Origin: an uncultured Candidatus Saccharibacteria bacterium
GTDB taxonomy: Bacteria; Patescibacteriota; Saccharimonadia; Saccharimonadales; Saccharimonadaceae
Assembly (NCBI GenBank): GCA_916438855.1
Contig: CAKAFW010000001.1
Coordinates: 241,877 to 305,876, forward strand
DNA: 64,000 nucleotides
Direction of reading: 5' to 3'
Position numbers and translations under genes: made by a program. The notes under the pieces are model-generated. The model was not told where the DNA came from and searched no databases. It saw only the letters and a list, made by a program, of their open reading frames with translations. This document shows, in pieces, positions 11,065 to 21,763 of this stretch. Position 1 is the stretch's first letter. Each line of letters starts with the position of its first letter.

Positions 11065-12281
11065 TTATAGCTGGTCAATCGTCTGCTTCATTACCTTGGC
11101 GCTGTTCTTCCAGGCAAATTGGTTAGCCCACTTTTTACCCTGCTTAGCTGTGGCAGCACGTTCTTTATCTGACTGAGCAAGGATTGTTGATGCCTGCTCA
11201 AAAATGCCGTACCAGTCATCTGCTAGGTATACATTCGGGCCGGTCAGTTCCTTGAGCGAGCTGTTGTTATAGGTAATAACCGGGCAACCCACCTCGAGCG
11301 ATTCAATCACCGGGATACCAAAGCCCTCAAACTCAGTTGGGAAGACAAACGCAAGGGCGTTCTTATAGAGCCATGCGCGCTGCCCATCAGACACAAAGCC
11401 CATCAGGTGGATATCTTCGCGGTAGGATGAGCGCTCAATTGCCTGGCGCGCCGACGGGCTAAAGATCGTGTCCAGCGTCTGGAAATCATTGCCAGCCAGC
11501 ACCAGGTGCAGGTCGTGGCCGTGGGCACGTAGCTGGTTAAAGGCAGCAACCAGCTCATCAATTCGGCGGCGTTCATCCACCCCACCAATAAAGAAGAGGA
11601 AGTTACCATTACCCAGGCCAAGCTCGGCATTGAGTGCAACTTCGAGCGGGTCAATCTTGCCCGTACCCTTGGTGTCGTGGCCCAGATGCATCACAATTGG
11701 CTCGAGGTTACCATTGGTGGCAAACTTCTTGGTGGTTTCGGCTGTGTAGTTCGATACGGTGATCACAGCACCAGCGCGCTCCAGCACAGTCGCCAGGCGC
11801 TGGCTGTACTTTTTGCGCTTGAGGTGCTTTTTAAAGGCATCGCGGCGGCGCAGGCCAACCTTGCGGCTCACGCTGTAATCTGCCAGGTAGGAATGCGGGT
11901 ACTTATTGCCCAGAATATACGGGATTTGGTCATGAATCACAACCACGTTTTTTTGTGGTGGCGCGGTAGGCCAAGTTCAAAGTCAAACTGAATAAACACA
12001 TCACAGTGCTTGCGGATGAGTTTTTCTTGTGCAGGGCTCAGGGCGCTATCCGAAATTTTCGCTAGCTTACCCTGCGGCGGGTGCGGCAGGATAACCGTTT
12101 CGTACTCATCCAACACACCCTTTGCAACCTCGCGGTTGTCTTCGTACTGGAAGACAACGATTTCGTCATCTTCGTTCAAAATCTGTGCCAGCTCGTAGCT
12201 TACGCGGCGCACAACCTCGCCAATACCCCGGAACTGGTGGCCAATTTGTAGGGCCCTAAAATCTATACCAACGCGCTTCAT
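11065..12281 (-). CDS. Glycosyltransferase family 4 (frameshifted)
   Basis: MKRVGIDFRALQ..RGIG, VIHDQIP and FPTEFEGFGIPVIES motifs. Confidence 0.88.
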
Positions 12282-13432
12282 TATTCGGCTACCTCCCTCA
12301 CGGCTTTAAGTAGTGTAACGGCAGAATTATGCCAGCTGTACGAGCGGGCTTGCTCCATACCCTTCGCGACCTCCTCGGCGCGCTTTTCAGGCGTCCAGGC
12401 ATCAATCGTGCGGTAGGCTTTGGCGATGCTCTTGGGGTCTTCTGGATTAACCAGTACGCCAGCCTTACCAGCTACCTCTGGCATAACCGATGCGTTGCTG
12501 ACGATAGTCGGGGTCTGCACAGCCATCGATTCAATAATTGGCATACCAAAGCCCTCATAAAAGCTCACGTAAGCCGACATTGCAGCGCCACTGTAGAGCG
12601 CGGGGCGGTCCTCATCCGACACCCGGCCAAGCAGTACAATAATCTTCAGGCCATCCTGCTTAGCTTGCTTCACTGCCTTTTCGATTTCCTCTTGCTTCCA
12701 GGCGCCAGCACCGGCCAGTACCAGGGTGTATTTATCGCGAATCTTTTTGGGGGCTTGGCGCAAGGCTTCAATCAAAGCCATTTGGTTTTTGCGTGGCTCA
12801 ATATTACCCATCGAGAAGATATACTCACCCGGAATACCATACTTACGCTTAACGCGCTTGATTTCCTCTGGGCTGCGGCGGTAAAATTCCTTTAAGTCAG
12901 CTGCGTTTTCGGTCACAATCACGTCGCGATCACGCAGGTTATTGTGGCGCATAATATCCTGCTTCATCGAGTTGGTCACGGTAGCGATTTTACTGGCACG
13001 CTCCACAGAACGGCGCAGCGAAATCGTCATAAATTTACCATTGACGGTATCAACATACTGCGGCACATCAATAAATGATAGATCATGGATAGTCGTAATC
13101 GCTAGCGACCCAGCTAGCTTCCAGGTGTTGTAATCCGGGAAGAAATACACACCTTTACCTAGGTAGCGGTCCATGGCTGGCAGCCAGTCTTTCACCACCA
13201 GGCGGCGCATCACGCTCAGCGGCAGCGGAATACGCTTGGTTTTGATGTGCTTAAAGTGGTATTTATCAAGCCGGTCCGCCCGCTTAGTCGGCACGGCAAT
13301 GTACACATCCATATCGCGGTATTCATCCGTACCCAGGAGCTGGTCGATTTCTTCCACCAACCCTTGGATATAATGGCCAATACCACTAAAGTGATCGGCG
13401 ACAAGAGCACTCCCGTCGATGATAAACTTCAT
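12281..13432 (-). CDS. Glycosyltransferase family 4
   Basis: Own RBS (GGAGG-ACTAAT-ATG) at MKFIIDGS; TIHDL, GNIEPRKN and YEGFGMPIIES motifs. Confidence 0.88.
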   Translation of the reverse strand: MKFIIDGSALVADHFSGIGHYIQGLVEEIDQLLGTDEYRDMDVYIAVPTKRADRLDKYHFKHIKTKRIPLPLSVMRRLVVKDWLPAMDRYLGKGVYFFPDYNTWKLAGSLAITTIHDLSFIDVPQYVDTVNGKFMTISLRRSVERASKIATVTNSMKQDIMRHNNLRDRDVIVTENAADLKEFYRRSPEEIKRVKRKYGIPGEYIFSMGNIEPRKNQMALIEALRQAPKKIRDKYTLVLAGAGAWKQEEIEKAVKQAKQDGLKIIVLLGRVSDEDRPALYSGAAMSAYVSFYEGFGMPIIESMAVQTPTIVSNASVMPEVAGKAGVLVNPEDPKSIAKAYRTIDAWTPEKRAEEVAKGMEQARSYSWHNSAVTLLKAVREVAE

Positions 13433-13433
13433 A

Positions 13434-14530
13434 TTAGTCCTCCACATACCGCAAGGCACGCCGTGCGATATCGTTGTTAATAATTTTTTTGTAATCTTAG
13501 TATTGTTATACGCTAATTTAACGCATTTGTCCAGCTCCTGGAGCGTTTTTGGTGCCAAGGTTGGGAGTGGCTCCGTCAGCAGGCGGCTGACCATATCCTG
13601 CTCGTAGAACTGGCGGATGGTCAAAAAGTTACCTGCCAGCGATGGGAAGGAATCCTGCACTAGGCGCTCAGTCTTATGTGAGCCATACGACACCCCATAG
13701 ACAGGCGTCCGGGCTACCATCGCCCCAATAAAGCCATGGTAGCGATTGGTTACCACCAAATCCTGCTGCTGGTATATGGTAATGAGCTGCATAGCATCCG
13801 CAAAATCCTGCAGGTACACAGGCGTGACGCCAAACATCGCCCCAAGCTCCTGGCTGAGCTCAATATCCTCGCGGGCCTGGCATACAATGGTCACGTCGTA
13901 GCGCTCGGCCAGGCGTGGTAAGTGCCGGGATAGGTAGCGGCGGTAGTTGGTGTAGTCACTCGCCAGGTGGCTATCGATCTTTTTATAATTACTGCCCAGC
14001 TGCCAATCAGCCAGCGAAAGCGCCAGTTTTGGCCGCTGGCTGGTGGGCTCAGGTGCAGCTGGCGCGTCATGAGCGTCCGGCTCAAGCAGGAAGACCAGAT
14101 CGCGCGCAGTCACTACCCTGCTGGCCGGGTAACCAAGCTCCTGGGTAATAAACCGGCTATCATGCTCGCCGCGGGTTGATATCGCCGTTACAAACGGCAG
14201 CGTTTGGCGGTACATATCGCGGGCCTCCTGGCTAAAAACATGCTGCACACCAATACCCATCATATAGACAGGGATTCGGTCGGCCTGGGCTTCGTTGATG
14301 ATTTGCAGGTAATTACGCACATTGGCCATATCGTAGTCGTAAATCAGGCCGCCGCCGCCAATCACCACAATATCGGCCTGTTCTATAGCGTAGCGGCTGT
14401 GCTGCGGGTAGATAGTTACCTGGCTATCTGCCACGTGGGTTTGTAAAAACTGCTGCAGGGCCAGGCCAATTAAATCATCGCCAACATTGCCGTAATGGGC
14501 AGCACCGAAAACATTAATCTTGAGGGGCAT
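13434..14530 (-). CDS. Polysaccharide pyruvyl transferase family protein
   Basis: GNVGDDLI, IGGGGLIYD, STRGEHD and TNRYHG motifs. Confidence 0.8.
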
Positions 14531-15398
14531 TGGTTTGGTCTCGTTTTAGGTAATAATGGTAGAGCCGCTGGGCCGCAAACTGCACCGGGCGGGCAAAAAT
14601 CTGGGCAAGCAGCTTGCTCTGGGCATCATATTTGCGCTCTAGTAAATGGCGCTTATGCTGCAGGCGCAGCAGTTTGGCTGTATCAGCCGTAGCAAAGTGG
14701 TAGCTGTGCTCTAGCTTAGCGTACTTTTTAGGTAGGAGGGCCGGGGTCAGCCCAAAGCGAGTGGCAAACCTATCAATCGCTGTATCACGCTCGGGTACAC
14801 CAGCAAAGTGAACGATAAAATACTGGCTGGCCTTTTTAGTGTAATCGGCTGGCCGGGCATTACACACCTGGTAGTCAACAATCTGGGCAAAGCGGCGCTT
14901 GTAGCGGCTATCGGTATGGAGCAGGTGTGTGATGACATCTTGCTCCCCACCAGTGTAGAGGCCGTACGTGGCTGCATCCCAACCCGCCTTAACGGCTGCG
15001 CGGTCCTGCTGCAGGCAGTCATCCAAAAACTGGCGGGTTTTGAGTGAGTTCTTTAGTAGCATCACACCAGAGTTAACGGCAGTCCACTGGGTGTCGCTGT
15101 AGCGCGGGCTATTCGCAATTGTTAGGTGCGCCTTCATCGGTAGTGCTTCTGCTAGCGGCTGCTGCAGCTGGGTAAAAAAGGCGTCATCATCCACCCATAA
15201 AACATAATCATACAGCCCGATAAACTTACGGATTTTATGGAGCTTAGCGTAATATGGGTTTGGTTCGTCCTCTACCGCGAGGTCAAAGATATAATCATAG
15301 CCATGCAGACGGGCATACACCTGGTGGTTAATGTACGCCGCGTAGCGCAGCTGGGTGCTATAGCTGATAATGGCGATGCGGGGTGCTGTGGTTTTCAT
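14514..15398 (-). CDS. GT34 / GMA12-MNN10-like glycosyltransferase
   Basis: YARLHGY, WVDDDA (DxD), NSGVMLL, EQD and FIVHFAG motifs. Confidence 0.7.
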   Translation of the reverse strand: MKTTAPRIAIISYSTQLRYAAYINHQVYARLHGYDYIFDLAVEDEPNPYYAKLHKIRKFIGLYDYVLWVDDDAFFTQLQQPLAEALPMKAHLTIANSPRYSDTQWTAVNSGVMLLKNSLKTRQFLDDCLQQDRAAVKAGWDAATYGLYTGGEQDVITHLLHTDSRYKRRFAQIVDYQVCNARPADYTKKASQYFIVHFAGVPERDTAIDRFATRFGLTPALLPKKYAKLEHSYHFATADTAKLLRLQHKRHLLERKYDAQSKLLAQIFARPVQFAAQRLYHYYLKRDQTNAPQD

Positions 15399-15400
15399 GG

Positions 15401-16607
15401 CTACTTCACACTCAGGCGTGAGCCATCAGCTTGCTTAAAGATAACCGGGTACGGCATCTTTTCGTTCGGGTTGTTGATAATGGCAATATCATCCCAGTTA
15501 TCAAAAATGGTCGTGTCTTCATCTAGGCGCACGGTGGTGCCAACCGCAAGCGAGGCCTCGCCAAACACATTCGGTAGCGTAAAGTTGAGCGTCTTTGGCG
15601 CGCCAGGCTTTACTAGCACCTTTTGCTCGAACTGCTTGGTATTAGTACCAGCCAGCACCTTACCCGCCATATCATTCAGGCGCAGGCCAAGCACCACTGG
15701 CCCGCCAACATCCTTTTTGGCATCAAGCTCAATACTTACCGTCACGTTTTTGGGGTTCATCTTGGCCTTAACAGCCTTGACGTACACATCCTGGTTACCC
15801 CAGCGCGACTGGTCCTCGGCCTGGCTATTGTCTTGGTCTGGCGTATCGTTAAAGAGCTTTAGGTACTCATTAGCCGTTTTATTGGCAGTGCCCTCAAAGG
15901 CAACTTTACCATCCACAATCAGCACAGCTCGGTCGCAGAATTCACGCACAGCATCCATACTGTGGCTCACAAACACCACGGTTTTATTATGCTTTTTGAG
16001 GCTTTTAAAGTAATTGTAGCACTTGCGCTGGAACTCGGCGTCACCAACCGCTAGAACCTCGTCCACTAGCAAAATATCCGCCTGTGACTGCGTGGCAACC
16101 GAAAACGCCAGGCGCACCTGCATACCGCTCGAATAATTCTTAAGCTTTTGGTCCATAAACTCTTCTAGCTCGGCAAAGGCAACGATTTCGTCGTACTTTG
16201 CTTCGATTTCTTTGCGGCTAAAGCCAAGCAATGCGCCGTTGAGGAAGACATTCTCGCGGCCGGTTAGATCGGGGTTAAAGCCCACCCCAAGCTCAATAAA
16301 CGGCACCATTTTGCCTTTGGTTATAACCGAGCCTTTGGTTGGCTGGTAAATGTGCGCCAGGATCTTTAGCAGAGTGGATTTACCACTCCCGTTCCGGCCC
16401 AGAATGCCAAAGAATTCGCCTTCTTTGATATCAAAACTCACCCCACGGAGCGCATGCTGCAGTGTGTAGCCCTTCTGGCGGCGAGCCATGTTAACCAAGG
16501 TGGATTTAAGCGAGCTGCTCTTTTTCTTTCGGGAGTTTAAAATCCTTATATACGCTATCAACCGTAATAGCCGATGGCTTGGTGGATCGGGTGGTTGGTG
16601 TACTCAT
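15401..16607 (-). CDS. wzt: Polysaccharide ABC exporter ATP-binding subunit (5' frameshift)
   Basis: GRNGSGKST Walker A, YSSGM signature, LLVDE Walker B, C-terminal Wzt-C-like domain. Confidence 0.9.
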
Positions 16608-16608
16608 A

Positions 16609-17424
16609 TTAAATCTCCTCCGCAAAGTGTGGGCTACGGCGCTTAAAATACCAGGCACCCACAATTAGGGTCATTACAACAATTGCATATGGCACCAAGC
16701 TCAGCCAGCCACCGTGAATTGTGTGTAGGGTTGGGTACTGCGGGCTAACCAGCACATGGCGCACATCCTGAATCGCTTGTGCAACGGGGTTAAGCAGCAT
16801 AAACTGGGCCAGACCAGGCTTACGCTCCAGCACCATCGATACCGGGTAAATAACGATCGAGGCATAGAACATCCCCTGCATGATAATCTCCCACACAAAG
16901 TTAATATCCCGAAAGCGCACAAAAAGCGGGCTCAGAATAAAAGCAAGCCCAAGGCCAAACAGGAAGATTTCTAGAATATAGAGCGGTGTCAGTAGTGCCG
17001 ACCACGATAGGTCCACCCCGCTAATTGCCATAAACACCCCAATAATCAGCATATTAAAGCCCAGGTTAATCAGTGCCGACACACTGGTAGATAACACCAC
17101 GATATACTTTGGGAAGTTGACCTTGCGCAGTACATCGCCGCGGCCAACTACCGAGCCCAGACCAAGGTTAGTAATTTCGGAAAAGAAGTTCCATAGCACA
17201 ATACCAATCAGCATGCCAACGGCCCAGTTCGGCATACCACCACTGACCTTAAAGACTTCCACAAATACAAAGTACAGAATCACAAATAGGAATAAGGGTT
17301 TGAGTAGTGACCACACATAGCCCAGTACCGACCCCTGGTAGCGGAGTTTAAAATCACTCCGTACTAGCTCCTTTAGTAGGATAAGCGAGTAGCGATACTT
17401 CTGTACGGCGTTACGAACATTCAT
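16609..17424 (-). CDS. wzm: Polysaccharide ABC exporter permease
   Basis: DFKLRYQGSVLGYVWSLLKP, FRDI and LNPV motifs; adjacent to wzt. Confidence 0.92.
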   Translation of the reverse strand: MNVRNAVQKYRYSLILLKELVRSDFKLRYQGSVLGYVWSLLKPLFLFVILYFVFVEVFKVSGGMPNWAVGMLIGIVLWNFFSEITNLGLGSVVGRGDVLRKVNFPKYIVVLSTSVSALINLGFNMLIIGVFMAISGVDLSWSALLTPLYILEIFLFGLGLAFILSPLFVRFRDINFVWEIIMQGMFYASIVIYPVSMVLERKPGLAQFMLLNPVAQAIQDVRHVLVSPQYPTLHTIHGGWLSLVPYAIVVMTLIVGAWYFKRRSPHFAEEI

Positions 17425-17581
17425 AATAATACCTTCCATTATACCATAGCTGGTATGGGTTACTTGATGATGCCGCCTGTTTGCGGCCGGCCCCGAGGGG
17501 CCCACCTTACACCACAGGCGCCAGGCGCACTACGCACCTGGCGACCGTTCTTCCTATTCCTACCCTTTTACGTGTGCTTAC

Positions 17582-18128
17582 CTAGCGGCTAAAATCATCC
17601 TGGATTCGGATAATGTCGTCCTCATCCGATAGATGCTCTGGATCAGTATGCTGCCAGATTTCAGCCACAACCGTTGGCGTGCCATCAGCACCGACGAGGC
17701 GGTGGCGTTCACCAGCCTCGAACTGTACCAGCTCACCAGCCTGTGCTACCTGGCGCTCCCCTTCATCATCCGTTTTGCTGCGGTGGTAATAGCCATCAGT
17801 CAGGAAAATCCAGCACTCAGCACGGCGGTTATGGCGCTGCCAGCTAAGGCGCAGCTCTGGGTCAACCAGCAGAATCTTCGGTGATAGCGGCGCATCTGGG
17901 TTACCCTTTTGGGCATCGGCTAGGCTAATCATTGGGAAGAAATCAGCCACAAACTGGGCCACATCATCGTTATCGAAGCGCACATAGCCACCCCACGGTT
18001 TTGCTTGTGTTGACTTCGCGCACAGTGTAGCCGCCGGCTTCGAGCGCCGTGACAATCTGTTGTATAGCTGAATCTTTCTGGTAATCATCAGCCTTGGTAA
18101 TGATATCTGTAATGGTACGTGGATTCAT
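17582..18128 (-). CDS. Cupin protein, mannose-6-phosphate isomerase type II-like (frameshifted)
   Basis: KPWGG, LSWQRHNRRAECW, HRL and EDDIIRIQDDFSR motifs. Confidence 0.78.
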
Positions 18129-18144
18129 AATAGCGCTATTATAC

Positions 18145-18497
18145 CACGGATTGATGATTTTTGCATCTTTTAGTTGCCCGGCTACCAAGTGATAGAGTTG
18201 CGTGTGCGGCAGCGTTGCCACCTCGCTAGAAAACACCAGTACGGCAATATCGTGCGGGCCATTCGTCATATACGGCAGCAGTGTGCGTATAATCTCGTAA
18301 ACCCGGCGCCGGATTCGGTTGCGGCCAGGGGCGCTTTTAAGCACCTTTTTGCTCACCACAACGCTAATACGCGAATGCCGGCGGTGCGGGTTAGGGACGT
18401 ATTTTATTGAAAGGAGCCGCCCACGCACCATCTGGCCATGCTTATATACATAGCGTAAGCTGCCATGGCCATGAAAGCGGTGCTGCTGAGTAATCAT
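18145..18497 (-). CDS. rnpA: Ribonuclease P protein component (3' end approximate)
   Basis: VSKKVLKSAPGRNRIRRR (RNR motif); directly downstream of rpmH. Confidence 0.92.
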
Positions 18498-18554
18498 ACT
18501 CCCCTAGTATACACTACGCAACAACCACCCCGGCTGGAGTGGTTGTTTGGTGTT

Positions 18555-18692
18555 CTAAACTGTCAGCCGGGCGCGACCTTTGGCGCGGCGGCGCTTTAGT
18601 ACAGCGCGGCCACCCTTGCTGGCAATGCGGGCTCGGAAGCCGTGCGTGCGGGCGCGGTGGCGTTTATGTGGTTGGTGTGTTCGCTTTGGCAT
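18555..18692 (-). CDS. rpmH: 50S ribosomal protein L34
   Basis: MPKRTHQP...HGFRAR...[18 protein letters not shown], 45 aa, divergent from dnaA. Confidence 0.97.
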   Translation of the reverse strand: MPKRTHQPHKRHRARTHGFRARIASKGGRAVLKRRRAKGRARLTV

Positions 18693-18729
18693 ATCACCGG
18701 CAATTATACCACAGGGGGCCAGCCGGTGC

Positions 18730-18920
18730 AACGCAGCTATCCACACAAAAAGCATAGGCGCTTGCCTGACGGGCCATTCTATCGTGTGGTTAGTGTGAGT
18801 TTTCCCCACTTTATGCCAAGATTTCCACTATATTACCAGAGGTAGCTGCATACTGTGGAAAACCTGACCCCTGGTAGCTCCTGTGGGGCTAGGTCTGATT
18901 TATGACTTGTGGAAAACCGG
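18730..18920. promoter_or_regulatory. DnaA-box cluster upstream of dnaA
   Basis: ctatccaca (18737-18745) and tgtggaaaa (18854-18862, 18908-18916), each one mismatch from TTATCCACA. Confidence 0.75.
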
Positions 18921-18993
18921 GCTTTTGTATATAGTAGAAGGAGAGAAACATAGTAACTAATCTGGTCAGCCTGTATGGAGGGTATTGTTTGTT

Positions 18994-20383
18994 GTGTCTA
19001 CGCATGTATTATGGCAGAGTGTCTTAGGTGAGCTTGAATTAACAATTGCGCATTCGGCGTTCGCGACGTGGTTTAAAAACACTGAGCTCGTCAAAGCAAC
19101 CGATGAAGAGGTGGTGATTGCGGCAATTAATTCTTTTGCTATCCGCCAGTTCCAGGTGCGCTACGATGCACAAATCCGCGAAGCACTGAGGAATAATGGT
19201 GTCACAGCCACAGCGATTTCGTACATTGTGCGCAAAAACCAAGAATCCAAACGCACCGTCATCAGCCGCGAAACAACCCAGCAGCCAAGTACGCAGGCGC
19301 CGGCTGGCGGCCTACCACTGCAAGCCGCAGCGTCCCTTACCACCCCACGCGCCCAGGGCGGCAACCTTGGTACGCTCAACCCCCGTTATACCTTCGATAA
19401 CTTTATTGTTGGGAGTAGTAATGACCTCGCCTATACCGCCTGCCAGGCCGTGGCTGCTAACCCGGGTGTTAAATACAATCCCCTGTTCTTATATGGTGGC
19501 GTGGGGCTTGGTAAAACTCACCTGATGCAGGCCGTTGGCAATGCTATTTGTAGCCACAACCCCAAAGCGCGCGTTATGTACGTGACCACCGAAGCCTTTG
19601 TAAACGACTTCTTGGAGCATATTCGGTTCAAAAAGCAGGGTTTTAGCCATAAATACCGCAATGTTGATGTGCTGATTGTGGATGATATGCAGTTTATTGC
19701 CGGTAAAGAGAAAACCCAGGAGGAATTCTTCCACACCTTTAACGAGCTACACCAGAACAACAAGCAGATTATCATTAGCTCTGATAAACCACCGCGCAAC
19801 ATCCCTACCCTGACGGAGCGCCTGCGCAGCCGCTTTGAGTGGGGTATGGCGATTGATATCCAAATGCCAGACTTCGAGACCCGCTGCGCTATTGTAGAAG
19901 CCAAAGGCTGCCCTAAGCGGGGTTGAGCTGGCCCGCCCCACGGTTGAGTACCTGGCGAAACACCTCAAGACGAATGTGCGCGAGCTTGAAGGTGTGCTCA
20001 ACCAGCTACTGGCCTACGCCGAAATGCGTGGGCTGGAGCCTGATATCACCACCGCCGAGGGCTTGATTGGCGGCAAACGCGCTGCCCGACCCCAGCACCT
20101 GACTGCCCGCCAAGTGATTGATAAAACCGCCAAGTACTTCCAGCTGACGCCGGCCGATATCTGCAGTGCCAAGCGCGATAAGCACATTGTGGTGCCGCGC
20201 CAAATTGCTATGTACTTGCTACGTAGCGAGCTACACCTGAGCTACCCCAAAATCGCTGGCGAGCTCGGCCGTAAGGATCACACCACCGCGATGCACTCAA
20301 TCGAAAAAATCGACCGCGCCATCCGCCTGGACTTTGCTATTCGCGAAAACGTTTCAGAAATCCGCGAGCGCCTCTATGCCTAG
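18994..20383 (+). CDS. dnaA: Chromosomal replication initiator DnaA (frameshift near 19910)
   Basis: YNPLFLYGGVGLGKTHL, DDMQF, RLRSRF, NVRELEG and RKDHTT motifs. Confidence 0.97.
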
Positions 20384-20389
20384 TGCGCA

Positions 20390-20660
20390 CACCACCCTGT
20401 GGAAAGCCTGTGCACGGCTTGTGGCCAGATGGTGGGATAGCCTGTGGGTGTGTATCCACAACTGGGCAGAAGGCCGCCACGCGCTCTACACTACCTGGTG
20501 GAAACTAGTCCGCTTCTCCCCACCCCCTCCACCACTCACTCGCATAGATTCCCACAGGTACTGCCACTACCCCTACCCCTGGCCAAGGCCGGACTTACCC
20601 ACATTCTCCACACTGCCTACTATTACCACCACTAAATAAAAGAAAGGATATATAATAGTA
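20390..20660. other. oriC: DnaA boxes, DnaA-trios and AT-rich segment
   Basis: Several DnaA-box variants; tandem ttacccaca-ttctccaca (20595-20612), then ctgc, ctactattaccaccacta and an AT-rich run before dnaN. Confidence 0.88.
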
Positions 20661-20662
20661 TT

Positions 20663-21763
20663 ATGGAACTTTCGGTACGGCAAGAAAATTTAGCAAAAGC
20701 CCTCAGTGCAGTGGGGCGGGTAGCTACGGGGCGCACCGAGCTGCCAATTCTGCATAATATCCTGCTGCGCACGGACGGCTCACGCCTACTGGTGGCAGCT
20801 ATGAACATGGAGCTCGCGTCGCAGCAATATATTGGCGCAAAGATTACCCACCCTGGTGGTATTACGGTGCCAGCCCGGTTGGTGACAGATTTTGTTACCA
20901 GTGTGCCCAAGGGGCATATGACACTCCGTGTTAGTAATGATCATTTACACATCGAAGCTGGTGGCTATAGCTCAACCATCAACGGCGTGACGGCAGATGA
21001 TTTCCCGGAGCTCCCAAGCGTTGATGAAGCAGTGGCTATTAGCTACACGCTGGCGCCGCAGGATTTTAAGCAAGCCGTGCAGCAGACGATTATTACCACC
21101 AGCAGCGATGGCACGCGGCCGGTGCTAACCGGGGTGTATTGGCACACCGAGGGCGACCACCTGTACCTTGCTGGCACCGATGGTTACCGCTTGGCCCAGC
21201 GCCGACTGGTTGCCACCACAAGCCAGGTGGCGGCTATTATCCCAACGAGTTCGCTGCAAGAAGTCCTGCGCACTATGACTGATAGCACGGCCCAGGTGGA
21301 TGTACTGTTCGATGGTATGCAGGTGCGGTTTACGGTTGATGAAGCCCAAATTACCAGCCAGTTGGTGGATGGCGCCTTCCCGCCCTACCAGCAGTTAATG
21401 CCCACCGAGCCAGGTACCCACGCCACGATTGCCACCGATGAATTTAGCCGAATCGTCAAGGTAGCGGGCCTGTTTGCACGTGATTCGGGTGGCAGCGTGA
21501 CAATCACACTTGATGAAGACGCCCAGACGGTATCGCTCCACTCGGTTGCTAGTGAGCTCGGCGAAAATACCTCGACTACGCAGGCAGATGTCGTCGGTAG
21601 TGGCGTGGTAACGCTTAATTCACGCTACTTGGCAGAGGCGCTCAATGTGATTGATGCACCAGCGGTACGCTTTAGCTTTGGTGGTAAGCTGGCGCCAACC
21701 CTGTTGACAGCCGATACCCAGGATATTGATTACAAGCATATTATTATGCCGCTGAAAAGCTAA
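20663..21763 (+). CDS. dnaN: DNA polymerase III beta clamp
   Basis: LPILHNILL, RPVLTGV, GTDGYRL and IIMPLK motifs; follows dnaA. Confidence 0.97.
   Translation: MELSVRQENLAKALSAVGRVATGRTELPILHNILLRTDGSRLLVAAMNMELASQQYIGAKITHPGGITVPARLVTDFVTSVPKGHMTLRVSNDHLHIEAGGYSSTINGVTADDFPELPSVDEAVAISYTLAPQDFKQAVQQTIITTSSDGTRPVLTGVYWHTEGDHLYLAGTDGYRLAQRRLVATTSQVAAIIPTSSLQEVLRTMTDSTAQVDVLFDGMQVRFTVDEAQITSQLVDGAFPPYQQLMPTEPGTHATIATDEFSRIVKVAGLFARDSGGSVTITLDEDAQTVSLHSVASELGENTSTTQADVVGSGVVTLNSRYLAEALNVIDAPAVRFSFGGKLAPTLLTADTQDIDYKHIIMPLKS

Noticed and set aside
12281..14530. 749-aa pyruvyltransferase-GT4 fusion
   Set aside because: An internal GGAGG RBS, an ATG at 13432 and an adjacent out-of-frame TAA suggest two genes joined by an indel.
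15237..16013. Long antisense ORFs (this one, also 25438-26097 and 63272-63973)
   Set aside because: They are shadows of well-supported genes on the opposite strand and carry no motifs of their own.
17970..18497. RnpA with a C-terminal extension
   Set aside because: The extension is the cupin gene's N-terminus, which has its own -10 box; this is a lost-stop artefact.
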